A stretch of DNA of 61,086 nt from an uncultured Gammaproteobacteria bacterium (GTDB lineage Bacteria; Pseudomonadota; Gammaproteobacteria; QNFN01), in assembly GCA_964195335.1 (NCBI GenBank), contig CAXMPC010000091.1:1-61086 (forward strand), read 5' to 3'. A model generated the notes under the pieces. The model worked only from the letters and a program-made list of their open reading frames with translations. It was not told the DNA's origin and searched no databases. A program made the position numbers and the translations under genes. This document shows, one piece after another, positions 17,556 to 26,692 of the stretch; position 1 is the first letter of the stretch; the number at the start of each line of letters is the position of its first letter.

Positions 17556-18415
17556 GCGTCGGTGGCAATCCATGGCTGCAGACCCACTGGGACTGGCACG
17601 TCGCACTCAACTTCCTGACCGGTGGCGCCGGCAGCGGCCTGCTGATCGTTGCCGTCCTGACCGGCATGCCCCTGACGGCACCGGTGCTGCTCGCTGCTGC
17701 CCTGATCGGGATCGGACTGGCGCAGGTGTCACTGCATCTCGGTCGTCCATTGCGTTCATTCAACGTGATCTTCAACCCGCAGACCTCGTGGATGACCCGC
17801 GAGGCGTTCGTCGCCGGACCGCTGTTGCTGCTGGCCGTCATCGCCGGCGCCTTCGACACGCTCGTTGCCGGCCTGCCCGCTGCGCTCTGTGCCGCGGCAT
17901 TCATCTACTGTCAGGCGCGGATACTCAAGGAGTCCAAGGGCATCCCAGTTTGGCGTGAGCCACACATCGTCGGCCTGATCATCACCACTGGACTGGCCGA
18001 GGGGGCGGCGCTGGCGTTGCTGGTCGCCCTGGCTGTAGGTCAGGTGGAAGCCTTGCTTCCTGCGGGTACGCTTCTGCTGCTCCTGGTCGTCGCCCGTTTC
18101 ATCTCCTGGCGCGCCTATCGAGGCGCTCTCGACGGTAACGCACCGCACGAAGCACTCAATGTCCTGGCCCGGGCCGAGGGGCCGTTTGTCGGCGTCGGTC
18201 TCGCGGTGCCGCTGCTGCTGCTTGGCGTTGCCGCCACGGTACCGGCCGCCAGGGAGATCTTGGTGGTGCTTGGGGCGCTGAGCGCCCTGCTCACCGGCTG
18301 GGGCCTGAAGTTCGTGCTGATCACCCGCGCAAGCTACAACCAGGGCTTTGCCATTGTTCACACGCCGAAACGTGGTGCTGGTAGCGGTGGCATCGGCAGC
18401 AAGCCCGGATGGTAA
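17552..18415 (+). CDS. padD: integral membrane anchor subunit (DmsC/NrfD-like; PadD-like)
   Basis: ATGA overlap with padC. Start at ATG 17552 (MSVGGNPWLQTHWDWHVALNFLTGGAGSG). Multiple hydrophobic helices. Confidence 0.7.
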   Translation: MSVGGNPWLQTHWDWHVALNFLTGGAGSGLLIVAVLTGMPLTAPVLLAAALIGIGLAQVSLHLGRPLRSFNVIFNPQTSWMTREAFVAGPLLLLAVIAGAFDTLVAGLPAALCAAAFIYCQARILKESKGIPVWREPHIVGLIITTGLAEGAALALLVALAVGQVEALLPAGTLLLLLVVARFISWRAYRGALDGNAPHEALNVLARAEGPFVGVGLAVPLLLLGVAATVPAAREILVVLGALSALLTGWGLKFVLITRASYNQGFAIVHTPKRGAGSGGIGSKPGW

Positions 18416-18569
18416 TGCCATAGGAGATTCCGCTCGGGTCGCGGCTCACGCTTGGTGAGAGTACATGACAGTCGTTACCTCATCGGCGTCCGTCATGCCC
18501 CAAGGCGAAATCCACAGGGAGCCATAGAAGCTCCACGATCACATACAGCTTTCTCAAGGAGTAGGTAAC

Positions 18570-20651
18570 GTGCCACTTTCATCGGGGTCCAGCACTCTCA
18601 CTGACTCTCCAGCGCATGCCGACGATCTGTTCCAGAAGGCAACTGCGGCTGGACACGCGCAACTCGAACGCCCGGAACTGGTCGAGTTGCTGAGCAGGCT
18701 CGGCATTGATCTCGAACAAGAGGATCCGGTCCTGCCCGAAGGCGCGACGCTCGCGCTCGGGCTGGTGAACACCCGCGAATTCGGCATGGTGATCCATGGC
18801 GGGGTCGGTGGCCTGGATGCCGAACTGGGACTGGATGATTTCCGCAGGGACCGGGCCACCGTGTGGGCGGCAGTCGAACTCACCGATGCGGACGATTTTC
18901 TCGCACTGTTCCGACGCACACTGGCTTACCGAAAGTTCGCGGCACTGGCCGAACGAGCCGGGAAGCCGCTGCCGGACGATGCGCTGCGCGGCTGTTTCGC
19001 TCGGATGCTGGAGTTGGCCACCACCGGGGAGTCCGCCACCCAGGTCCTGCAACAGCTGCAGTTCGACGTACTCGGGATCGGTGACCGGATACAGGCGCGT
19101 AATGCCCGGTGCACGTTCACCCCTCCAGCACCGACTCGACTTCCGCGACCGATCCAGAAGATCGACAAGCTGCTTCATCCGCAGAGCATTGGCATCATCG
19201 GGGTGTCGGCCAGCAAGATGAATTTCGGTCGGATCATCCTCCACAACCTGGTCGACAGCGGGTACAGCAAGGAACGCATGACCATCCTCCGACCTGGAGA
19301 AACAGAGATTGACGGTGTGCGCTGCGTCCCGGGACTCACCGCGCTGGAGCAGAAGCTTGACCTGCTGATAGTCGCTGTAGCCGCCGACGCGGTCTACGGG
19401 CTGGTGGACGAGATCATCGCCACCGATACGGTCGAGACCGTAATGCTGATTCCCGGCGGGCTGGGCGAGACCGAAAAGAGCAGGGAAGCCGCCGCGGCGA
19501 TGGCGGCACGGATCAATGCCGCGCATGCCGGGAAAGGCGGCGGACCGGTCTTTCTGGGAGCCAACTGCCTGGGCGTGGTGTCGCACCCGGGAGAGTACGA
19601 CTCGTGGTTTATCCCGCTCGAGCGGCTGCCCAAGCCGCAAAAGAAACCGCAGCGTACCGCGGCGATGATCTCCCAGAGCGGCGCCTTCATGATCACCCGG
19701 CTCAGCCGCAATCCCTGGCTCGATCCGAGCTACATGCTGGCGCTGGGCAACCAGACCGACCTGACCCACGGCGACATGCTGAGCTACTTTGCAGAGCGTC
19801 CCGAGATAGAGACGATCGGACTCTACATCGAGGGTTTCAAGGACGGCGACGGGCTCGACTTCACCCATGCGATACGCAAGGCCGTGCTGGCCGGCAAGCA
19901 GATCGTCGTATACAAATCCGGGCGCACCGCCGCCGGCATCGGCGGGGTGATGGGGCATACCGCCTCCATTGCCGGAGACCCGGTGGTCTGCGAGGCGGTT
20001 CTGCGCCATGCCGGCGCCATGGTGGCCGAGGATTTCGAAGCCTTCGACGATCTTCTCTATATCGCCGGGGCACTGCATCACAAGAAGGTCGGCGGACAAC
20101 GCCTGGGCGCCATAAGCGGCGCCGGATTCGAAGCCGTGGGCATGGCCGATTCCATCGCCTCCGACAGTTTCACACTGGAGATGGGCGAACTCGAACCCGC
20201 CACGGTCACCGAACTCGAGGACATACTCGCAGCCAAGCGACTGGATACCCTGGTCGAGATCCGCAACCCGATCGACATCAATCCCGGCGCGGACGACGAA
20301 GCCCACATGCAGATTACCGCGGCATTCGCCAACGACCCGAATATCGATGCGGTGATGGTCGGACTCGATCCGACCGCGCCCTCGGTGCGCGCCCTGGCCG
20401 AGAGCCACAAGCGACCGGGCTTCGATATCAGCGACCTGAAGAGCTCGGTCCACCTTATGCCTCCGCTGGACAGAGCCACCGACAAACCGATCATCGGCAT
20501 CATCGACGGCGGCACGCTTTACGACCCGATGGCCGAGGCACTGATGGACCAGGGTGTCTGCGTGTTCCGTAACTGCGCACGCGGCACGCGAGCCCTGGCA
20601 CGCTACGTCGAGTCCCGCACCTATACCGAATCACTGAAGCAGAAAAACTGA
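18570..20651 (+). CDS. NDP-forming acyl-CoA synthetase-like protein (CoA-binding and CoA-ligase domains with a conserved His loop) carrying an atypical N-terminal region
   Basis: GTG start with AAGGAG 8 nt upstream. Domain 1 SIGIIGVSASKMNFG; domain 2 FLGANCLG...ISQSGAF...GHTASIAG (phosphohistidine-loop position). The first ~200 aa resemble only the C-terminal lobe of an ATP-grasp (FGMVIHGGVGGLDAEL). Confidence 0.65.
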   Translation: MPLSSGSSTLTDSPAHADDLFQKATAAGHAQLERPELVELLSRLGIDLEQEDPVLPEGATLALGLVNTREFGMVIHGGVGGLDAELGLDDFRRDRATVWAAVELTDADDFLALFRRTLAYRKFAALAERAGKPLPDDALRGCFARMLELATTGESATQVLQQLQFDVLGIGDRIQARNARCTFTPPAPTRLPRPIQKIDKLLHPQSIGIIGVSASKMNFGRIILHNLVDSGYSKERMTILRPGETEIDGVRCVPGLTALEQKLDLLIVAVAADAVYGLVDEIIATDTVETVMLIPGGLGETEKSREAAAAMAARINAAHAGKGGGPVFLGANCLGVVSHPGEYDSWFIPLERLPKPQKKPQRTAAMISQSGAFMITRLSRNPWLDPSYMLALGNQTDLTHGDMLSYFAERPEIETIGLYIEGFKDGDGLDFTHAIRKAVLAGKQIVVYKSGRTAAGIGGVMGHTASIAGDPVVCEAVLRHAGAMVAEDFEAFDDLLYIAGALHHKKVGGQRLGAISGAGFEAVGMADSIASDSFTLEMGELEPATVTELEDILAAKRLDTLVEIRNPIDINPGADDEAHMQITAAFANDPNIDAVMVGLDPTAPSVRALAESHKRPGFDISDLKSSVHLMPPLDRATDKPIIGIIDGGTLYDPMAEALMDQGVCVFRNCARGTRALARYVESRTYTESLKQKN

Positions 20652-20704
20652 ATCCGACGCCAGTCGGCAATTACAAACACACGATATCAACCAAGGAGTC
20701 CATC

Positions 20705-21109
20705 ATGAGCGACACCCTCAAGGCAGGCCTTACCGCGACCCGGCGTATCGACGTCGACACCGATCGCACCATCAGTTTCATGGGCGATGACTGCCGCGTC
20801 TATTCAACACCCAACCTTCTCTACGACATCGAGATGGCCTGCCGCGACCTGCTGCTCGAGCATATTGGTGAAGGCAAGGATTCGGTCGGGACCCGCGTCG
20901 AGCTGGACCATGTCGGTGCCACGCTGATGGGCATGTGGGTCGAAATCACGGTCACGCTGGACGAAGTCAACGGCGGTGCCGTGAATTTCTCCTTCAGCGC
21001 ACGCGACGCACTCGAAGAGGTGGCACGGGGCAAGCACAACCGTTTCGTGGTCGGGGTCGAAAAGACCGCCCAGCGACTCATGGCCAAGCTCGCCAAGGCG
21101 AGCGGGTGA
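20705..21109 (+). CDS. hotdog-fold acyl-CoA thioesterase (FlK-like family)
   Basis: 134 aa; VYSTPNLLYDIEMACRDLL and GTRVELDHVGATLMG resemble FlK-type hotdog thioesterases. Confidence 0.65.
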   Translation: MSDTLKAGLTATRRIDVDTDRTISFMGDDCRVYSTPNLLYDIEMACRDLLLEHIGEGKDSVGTRVELDHVGATLMGMWVEITVTLDEVNGGAVNFSFSARDALEEVARGKHNRFVVGVEKTAQRLMAKLAKASG

Positions 21110-21374
21110 TACGACTCGCTCCAGGCGTTATTCCTGCACTACACAGAATACGGATCGGAAAGCAGTCTCCCGCAATTTGAGTGCCGCCGCTCGGAGTCCA
21201 TGCAACCAGAACGCACAGCGCAGGAAATCTCCGCATCGTTTCCATGCGCGGCCAAATACATTGCCAGTGCTCCACCTGAACAACCAGGCTTGCGCAACTG
21301 AAATGGGTTGTACCAAACGTCCCACGAGGAGCCAGTCAACGCCAGATCGAGAGGCGAGTCCATGTCCGGAACGA

Positions 21375-21386
21375 GCTTGCGCAAGC
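21375..21386. promoter_or_regulatory. perfect 12-bp palindrome GCTTGCGCAAGC upstream of paaK, with a near copy GCTTGCGCAAC at 21288-21298
   Basis: Read from the sequence; lies 76 bp upstream of the preferred paaK start, in a 352-bp lower-GC spacer. Confidence 0.3.
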
Positions 21387-21461
21387 GTGCACGACCGGGC
21401 TACGGTTGGGGATATATAGGGCACGATTCGATGCCCAAAGAACATGTCAGAGGAGAAGATA

Positions 21462-22799
21462 ATGAGTGAAGTCACGACGGCTGATACCACAGGCTCGGCC
21501 CCGTACTACTACCAGCCGGAACTGGAAAAACTGCCGCGTGAACAACTCGAAGCACTGCAGTTCGAACGTCTCCAATCAATCCTGGCTCACGCCTACGCCA
21601 ACGTGGCGCACTTCCGCAACAGCTTCGACGCCGCCGGGGTCAAACCCGACGACCTCAAGTCGCTCGAGGATTTGGCGAAATTCCCGTTCACCGTCAAGAC
21701 CGACCTGCGCGACAACTATCCGTTCAACATGTTCGCCGTGCCGCTCGACCAGGTGGCCCGCGTACACGCTTCATCCGGCACGACCGGCAAGCCGACCGTG
21801 GTCGGCTACACCCGTGGCGACATCGACAACTGGGCCGACCTGATGGCCCGTTCGATTGCCTGCGCCGGCGGCCGTCCGGACGACCTCCTGCACAACGCCT
21901 ACGGCTACGGACTGTTCACAGGCGGTCTCGGTGCCCACTACGGTGCCGAACGACTCGGCTGCACGGTGACACCGATGTCCGGTGGCAACACCGAGCGGCA
22001 GATCGTGCTGCTGAACGATTTCGGTGCCAAGGTCCTGTGTGCGACACCCTCCTACGCACTAAACATTGCCGAAATGGCCGAGGCCGAAGGGGTCGACCTG
22101 GCCGGAGGCCCGTTACGCGTCGGCGTATTCGGTGCCGAACCGTGGTCGGAGGCGATGCGTGCCGAACTCGACCGACGTCTCGGGATTCGCTCGGTCGATA
22201 TCTACGGCCTGTCGGAGATCATGGGCCCCGGCGTCGCTTGCGAGTGCCACGAGGAACGCGCAGGACTGCACGGCTGGGAAGACCATTTCCTGTTCGAGAT
22301 CACCGATCCGGAAAGCGGTGAGCCGCTGCCGATGGGCGAGGCTGGCGAGTTGGTTATCACGACGCTGACCAAGCAGGCGCTGCCGATGATCCGCTACCGC
22401 ACCCGCGACATCACCAAGCTCAGCACCGAACCGTGCTCCTGCGGTCGAACCCACGTCCGCATCCTGCGTGTGACCGGGCGCAATGATGACATGCTGATCA
22501 TTCGTGGCGTCAATGTGTACCCGTCGCAAATCGAGTCGGTCATGGTCGGCTTTGACGGTATCGCCCCGCACTACCAGCTGGTGGTCCGGCGTGAAGGGAC
22601 GCTGGACACGCTGGGTGCCGAAATCGAGGCGGCGCCTGAGACCGCTGCCGACGACTACGAGCGGCTGGCTGGCGAGATCCGCCACCACATCAAGTCGCTG
22701 ATCGGTGTCACCTGCAAGGTCGAACTCAAGGCACCGGGTGAGGTGCCGCGCTCACAGGGCAAGGCCGTGCGGGTTCGCGACGAGCGTCCGAAAGACTGA
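21462..22799 (+). CDS. paaK: phenylacetate-CoA ligase
   Basis: [39 protein letters not shown] and [16 protein letters not shown] are hallmark PaaK motifs. I prefer ATG 21462 (GAGGAG 6 nt upstream) over 21444. Confidence 0.9.
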   Translation: MSEVTTADTTGSAPYYYQPELEKLPREQLEALQFERLQSILAHAYANVAHFRNSFDAAGVKPDDLKSLEDLAKFPFTVKTDLRDNYPFNMFAVPLDQVARVHASSGTTGKPTVVGYTRGDIDNWADLMARSIACAGGRPDDLLHNAYGYGLFTGGLGAHYGAERLGCTVTPMSGGNTERQIVLLNDFGAKVLCATPSYALNIAEMAEAEGVDLAGGPLRVGVFGAEPWSEAMRAELDRRLGIRSVDIYGLSEIMGPGVACECHEERAGLHGWEDHFLFEITDPESGEPLPMGEAGELVITTLTKQALPMIRYRTRDITKLSTEPCSCGRTHVRILRVTGRNDDMLIIRGVNVYPSQIESVMVGFDGIAPHYQLVVRREGTLDTLGAEIEAAPETAADDYERLAGEIRHHIKSLIGVTCKVELKAPGEVPRSQGKAVRVRDERPKD

Positions 22800-22827
22800 C
22801 AAGACTAGTCATCCCGAATGCACGAAG

Positions 22828-22855
22828 GGGCGGCCTGTTGGCCGCCCTTTTTATT
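22828..22855 (+). terminator. rho-independent terminator after paaK
   Basis: GGGCGGCC-tgtt-GGCCGCCC followed by TTTTTATT. Confidence 0.85.
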
Positions 22856-22983
22856 CTGTGGGTAATTCCCCCCTATTTCGTGTATCTCCGGACACGACCA
22901 TCTAACCCGGGCAAGGCAGGAAGAGACTAGCAGGAGAGTCCCGGGATTCGACTACGGGCCTTCCAATCGGGATCACTCACCCA

Positions 22984-23041
22984 ATCGCGGCGAGGGCGCC
23001 GCTCCTACAAAGATCGTGGCCTTGGATGTATGAGCGGAGCC
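22984..23041. repeat. pair of inverted REP-like units of a second family (TGTAGGAGCGGCGCCCTCGCCGCGAT type)
   Basis: ATCGCGGCGAGGGCGCCGCTCCTACA (22984-23009) faces TGTATGAGCGGAGCC (23027-23041). The arms CGCTCCTACA / TGTATGAGCG are 9/10 complementary. Confidence 0.5.
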
Positions 23042-23137
23042 TTTATGCCCCTCGGATACCTACCGCGATCAAGCCTGCCTCGGCACAGGCCGTCAACGAG
23101 CGACCAGTATCCACTTCCCGATGATGTGCGAAGAACC

Positions 23138-23168
23138 AAAAAAAGAGGGCGGCCCGAAGGCCGCCCTC
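23138..23168 (-). terminator. rho-independent terminator after the ompA-like gene
   Basis: Reverse strand: GAGGGCGGCC-ttcg-GGCCGCCCTC followed by TTTTTTT. Confidence 0.85.
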
Positions 23169-23190
23169 TGATCAGTTGGTGAGTCGAGCC

Positions 23191-24249
23191 TTACTTGGCT
23201 TCGATGATCACCGCAATCACGCGCCGGTTGCGCTGACGGCCGTCACGGGTGCCGTTGTCGGCCACCGGGCGGCTCTCGCCGTAACCCACCGCCTTCATGC
23301 GGTCAGCCGAGATCTTCTTGCTGTTGACCAGGAAGTCGCTGATGGAGTTGGAGCGACGCTCCGACAGGCCCTGGTTGTAGCTCCCCGGACCGGTGCTGTC
23401 GGTGTGACCCTCTATGGTCGCAACGGCACTCGGGTGCTTGTCCATGAAGACGGCAACGTCACCCAGCGCGGCGTGGTAGGCCGGGCGGACCTGGGCGCTG
23501 TCGAAGTCAAACTCGATCTTGATCTCCATGCGCTTCGGCGCCATCACGACCGGGCAGCCGTCCTTGTCGACCTTGGTGCCCCTCGGCGTGTTCGGGCACT
23601 TGTCCCTGTCGTCGGTGACGCCGTCACCGTCGCTGTCGGCCGGGGCCATCGGCTTCGGAGCCTTCGGTGCCACCTGGACAATCGGCACCGGCACCGGCTC
23701 AGGCTTCGGTGTACCGAAGGTGACGTGGATGCCGGCGAGCAAGGCGAAGTCGCTGCCGTTGTAGGCGTTCTTGTCCATGTCGCCGTAGTAGCGGCCGTCG
23801 AGGCGCAGCGCCAGGTTGTCGGTGATGAAGTACTTCACGCCGCCGCCAGCGTTGATCATGAAGTCGTCGACTTCCGAGGGGCGGTTGACATTGCGGTTAC
23901 CGAAACCGGCCGTGAGGTACGGCACCAGCGGAGAGCCGCTGTCGAAGTTGTAGACGCCGTTGAGGCCGATTTCCCACTCCGTGGCCTTGGTGCCGGTATT
24001 GACCCCGTTGGTCTTAAATTCCGGCTTGGCCCACTGGAACAGCGCTTCGGCGCCCCAGTTCTTGGTGAAGTTGTAGCCGACGCCGACACCCACCGCTCTT
24101 GAATGGGACTCGCGGCGGTTGCTGTCGTACCACTGTTCGCCGGCCATGAGACCGAACGTCAGCGCCTTCTCGCGCTCGGCAGCGTATGAAATGCTGGTAG
24201 CACCGACCAGGATGGCGGCGCTGATCAGCGCAGTTAGCAACTTCTTCAT
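23191..24249 (-). CDS. OmpA/OprF-family outer membrane protein with thrombospondin-type-3 repeats
   Basis: Signal peptide MKKLLTALISAAILVGATSISYA, an N-terminal beta-barrel region, DSDGDGVTDDRDKCPNTPRG, and a C-terminal OmpA domain (IEGHTDSTGPGSYNQGLSERR). Confidence 0.9.
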   Translation of the reverse strand: MKKLLTALISAAILVGATSISYAAEREKALTFGLMAGEQWYDSNRRESHSRAVGVGVGYNFTKNWGAEALFQWAKPEFKTNGVNTGTKATEWEIGLNGVYNFDSGSPLVPYLTAGFGNRNVNRPSEVDDFMINAGGGVKYFITDNLALRLDGRYYGDMDKNAYNGSDFALLAGIHVTFGTPKPEPVPVPIVQVAPKAPKPMAPADSDGDGVTDDRDKCPNTPRGTKVDKDGCPVVMAPKRMEIKIEFDFDSAQVRPAYHAALGDVAVFMDKHPSAVATIEGHTDSTGPGSYNQGLSERRSNSISDFLVNSKKISADRMKAVGYGESRPVADNGTRDGRQRNRRVIAVIIEAK

Positions 24250-24384
24250 TTTCTACGACTCCCTGATGTCTGGGTTGCTACGCATTATGCGACGAATGCG
24301 AATGCAAGCGCCCTCCCTCACGTAGATATGGTGAAGCATAGTGGGATTGTGGCGCTTTGTCATCACATTTTTCAACGTGTTGCG

Positions 24385-25320
24385 TCAATGCAACACATAG
24401 CCAAACACCTCATGAAAGCGGTCAGCGAACTCGTCAGCTTCAAAGGCATGGTTCTGGGTACCGTGATGGGCCACCTTGAGTGCCCCGAGCAGACTGGCGA
24501 CGCGCCCAGTGGTGGGCCAGTCGAGACCTTTTTCGAGACCGTAGAGCAGACCGGCCCGGTAGGCATCACCGCAGCCGGTCGGATCGACCGCCACGTCGAC
24601 CGGGATGGCCGGCAGGGCGATCTCCTCTCCACCACTGTAGATCGAAGACCCCTCGGCGCCGCGCGTGATCACGACCGCTTCTACCCGGTGCGCCAGCTCG
24701 ACCAGGGTCAGCCCGGTGCGTTCCAGCAGCAGGCGCGATTCGTAGTCGTTGAGGGTCAGCCAGTTGGCCTGGTCGACCAGTTCGAGCAGGGCCGGACCAT
24801 CGAACAGCGGCAACCCCTGGCCCGGGTCGAAGATGAACGGGATACCCGCCGCAGCGAACTGTTGCGCATGGTCGACCATCCCCTGGCGGCCGTCGGGCGA
24901 GACGATGCCGAGACGCACACCACTGGCGGCATCGACCCGGTTCTGGTGCGAAGCGTTCATCGCCCCCGGGTGGAAGGCGGTGATCTGATTGTCGTCCAGA
25001 TCGGTGGTGATGTAGGCCTGAGCCGTGTAGGTGTCGGGCACGACCGTGACATGGCGGCGATCGATACCACGGCGGTCGAACCAGTCGGCGTAGGGGGCGA
25101 AGTCCTCCCCGACCGTGGCCATCGGCAGCGGGTTGCCGCCGAGCAGGTGGAGGCTGTAGGCGATGTTGCCGGCGCAGCCACCGAATTCCCGACGCATCTC
25201 GGGAACGTGGAACGAGACGTTGAGGATATGCACCTGGTCCGGGAGGATGTGATTCTTGAACCGGTCCTGGAACACCATGATGGTGTCGAAGGCAAAAGAG
25301 CCGCAGATCAGCGTGGACAA
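24385..25320 (-). CDS. PfkB-family carbohydrate/nucleoside kinase (adenosine-kinase-like)
   Basis: GGCAGNIAY and C-terminal DPTGCGDAYRAG motifs. Start moved to TTG 25320 (STLICGSFAFD), giving about 311 aa. Confidence 0.8.
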   Translation of the reverse strand: MSTLICGSFAFDTIMVFQDRFKNHILPDQVHILNVSFHVPEMRREFGGCAGNIAYSLHLLGGNPLPMATVGEDFAPYADWFDRRGIDRRHVTVVPDTYTAQAYITTDLDDNQITAFHPGAMNASHQNRVDAASGVRLGIVSPDGRQGMVDHAQQFAAAGIPFIFDPGQGLPLFDGPALLELVDQANWLTLNDYESRLLLERTGLTLVELAHRVEAVVITRGAEGSSIYSGGEEIALPAIPVDVAVDPTGCGDAYRAGLLYGLEKGLDWPTTGRVASLLGALKVAHHGTQNHAFEADEFADRFHEVFGYVLH

Positions 25321-25457
25321 TGGACGTCCCCTGGTGGAAGAAGAGGGTGCCGGTCGGAACCGGTCGGCGGATGGTAGCGAGAGGCTCCCGTCCCCGGCAA
25401 GCGTGACGACCACTCCGGGCGTGCTGTGCCCAGCAGGAATCGATCAGTCGAGCGTGG

Positions 25458-25919
25458 TCAGATCGATTCCTCGACGATCAGTCGCAGCAGTGCCTCGACC
25501 GCCTCGAGTTCCGGTGTCGCTCCGCCCGCGGTCGGCCGCGGGTAGGCGAGGTAGACCGTATCCGGCGTCCCGGCGAGGCTGTAGACGGCGATCCGGTAGG
25601 GACAGTTGACCAGGGCGTGCGGGTCGGCCTCGACCATCGCCCGGGTCAGTTGGGCGCTGCAGAACTCGACCACCTCGGCCTCGCCATAGACCGTTTTGCC
25701 GGCGCCAAGATCGCGCCCGGTGCGCTCGAGCATCTCGCCGACGTGCGAGGTCCCGCTCTCGACCAATCCCTGGCCGATGATGGCGTCAGCCAGGTTCTGG
25801 CGGACATCGGCAAACGCACCCTCGGTGCTGGCCACGACCCGGCCCGGTTCCTCGAGCCACTCGGCCCGGAGCCACGGCGCGACGAGCAACAGCGCGAGCA
25901 GACAGATCCCTCTTTTCAT
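25458..25919 (-). CDS. DUF302-domain protein with signal peptide
   Basis: Start at ATG 25919 (MKRGICLLALLLVAPWLRA). The EVVEFCSAQLTRAMVEADPHALVNCPYRIAVY segment is typical of DUF302. Confidence 0.6.
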   Translation of the reverse strand: MKRGICLLALLLVAPWLRAEWLEEPGRVVASTEGAFADVRQNLADAIIGQGLVESGTSHVGEMLERTGRDLGAGKTVYGEAEVVEFCSAQLTRAMVEADPHALVNCPYRIAVYSLAGTPDTVYLAYPRPTAGGATPELEAVEALLRLIVEESI

Positions 25920-26044
25920 GCGAACCCCTACGGTGACACCGTTTACCGTGTCGGCAACGATAATCATCCAGAGTATAATGCGCGGCCCGAAACCGGTCGG
26001 TGCGCCACTCCGCACGACCGCCCAGAGGCCTCCGGGCAGGAACC

Positions 26045-26677
26045 ATGTCCAGCACCCCCGCCGCCGCGCAACCCCCGGTCGAACAGACGGTCGCCTACAC
26101 GATCGACGGCCGCCTCTACCTCAACATCACCGACCGCTGCACGCTGACCTGCGCCTTCTGCCCGAAGACCCTTGGCTCGCACCAGATTCGCGACTATGAC
26201 CTGACCCTCGACCACCGCCCCGGGTTCGACGAGATCGTCGCCGCCATCGGTGACCCGACGGCGTACACCGAAGTGGTTTTCTGCGGCTACGGCGAGCCCA
26301 CCCTGCGCCTGGATCTGCTGCTCAAGATCGCCGGCTGGATCAAGCAGCACGACGGCCGGGTGCGGATCAACACCGACGGTCTGGCCAGCCTCGCCAACAA
26401 GCGCGACGTGCTGCCGGGGATGGCCGGCCTGATCGATGCCGTCTCGGTGTCGTTGAACGCCCAGTCACCAGACATTTACAACCGCCACTGCCAGCCGGCG
26501 CTGCACGGCGCCTACCAGGCGGTCCTCGCCTTCATCCAGGAGGCCCCCCGCTACATCCCCGAGGTGACCGCCACGGCGGTCGACGGCCTCGAGGGCGTCG
26601 ACATCGCTGCCTGCGAGCGCATCGCACGCATGTGCGGTGCCCGTTTCCGCCGTCGCATGCTCGACGTCGTGGGCTGA
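26045..26677 (+). CDS. radical SAM protein (small, TatD-associated type)
   Basis: CX3CX2C motif (DRCTLTCAFCPK) and GYGEPTL. Start at ATG 26045. Confidence 0.7.
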   Translation: MSSTPAAAQPPVEQTVAYTIDGRLYLNITDRCTLTCAFCPKTLGSHQIRDYDLTLDHRPGFDEIVAAIGDPTAYTEVVFCGYGEPTLRLDLLLKIAGWIKQHDGRVRINTDGLASLANKRDVLPGMAGLIDAVSVSLNAQSPDIYNRHCQPALHGAYQAVLAFIQEAPRYIPEVTATAVDGLEGVDIAACERIARMCGARFRRRMLDVVG

Positions 26678-26692
26678 CCACCGGAGTAACCC

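Noticed and set aside
18579-20453. 624-aa reverse ORF inside the ACD-like gene
   Set aside because: Same reasoning: antisense shadow ORF with low-complexity translation.
21128-21490. ORFs of 80-120 aa on both strands in the paaK upstream spacer
   Set aside because: Poor coding composition, no motifs, mutually overlapping; treated as non-coding regulatory DNA.
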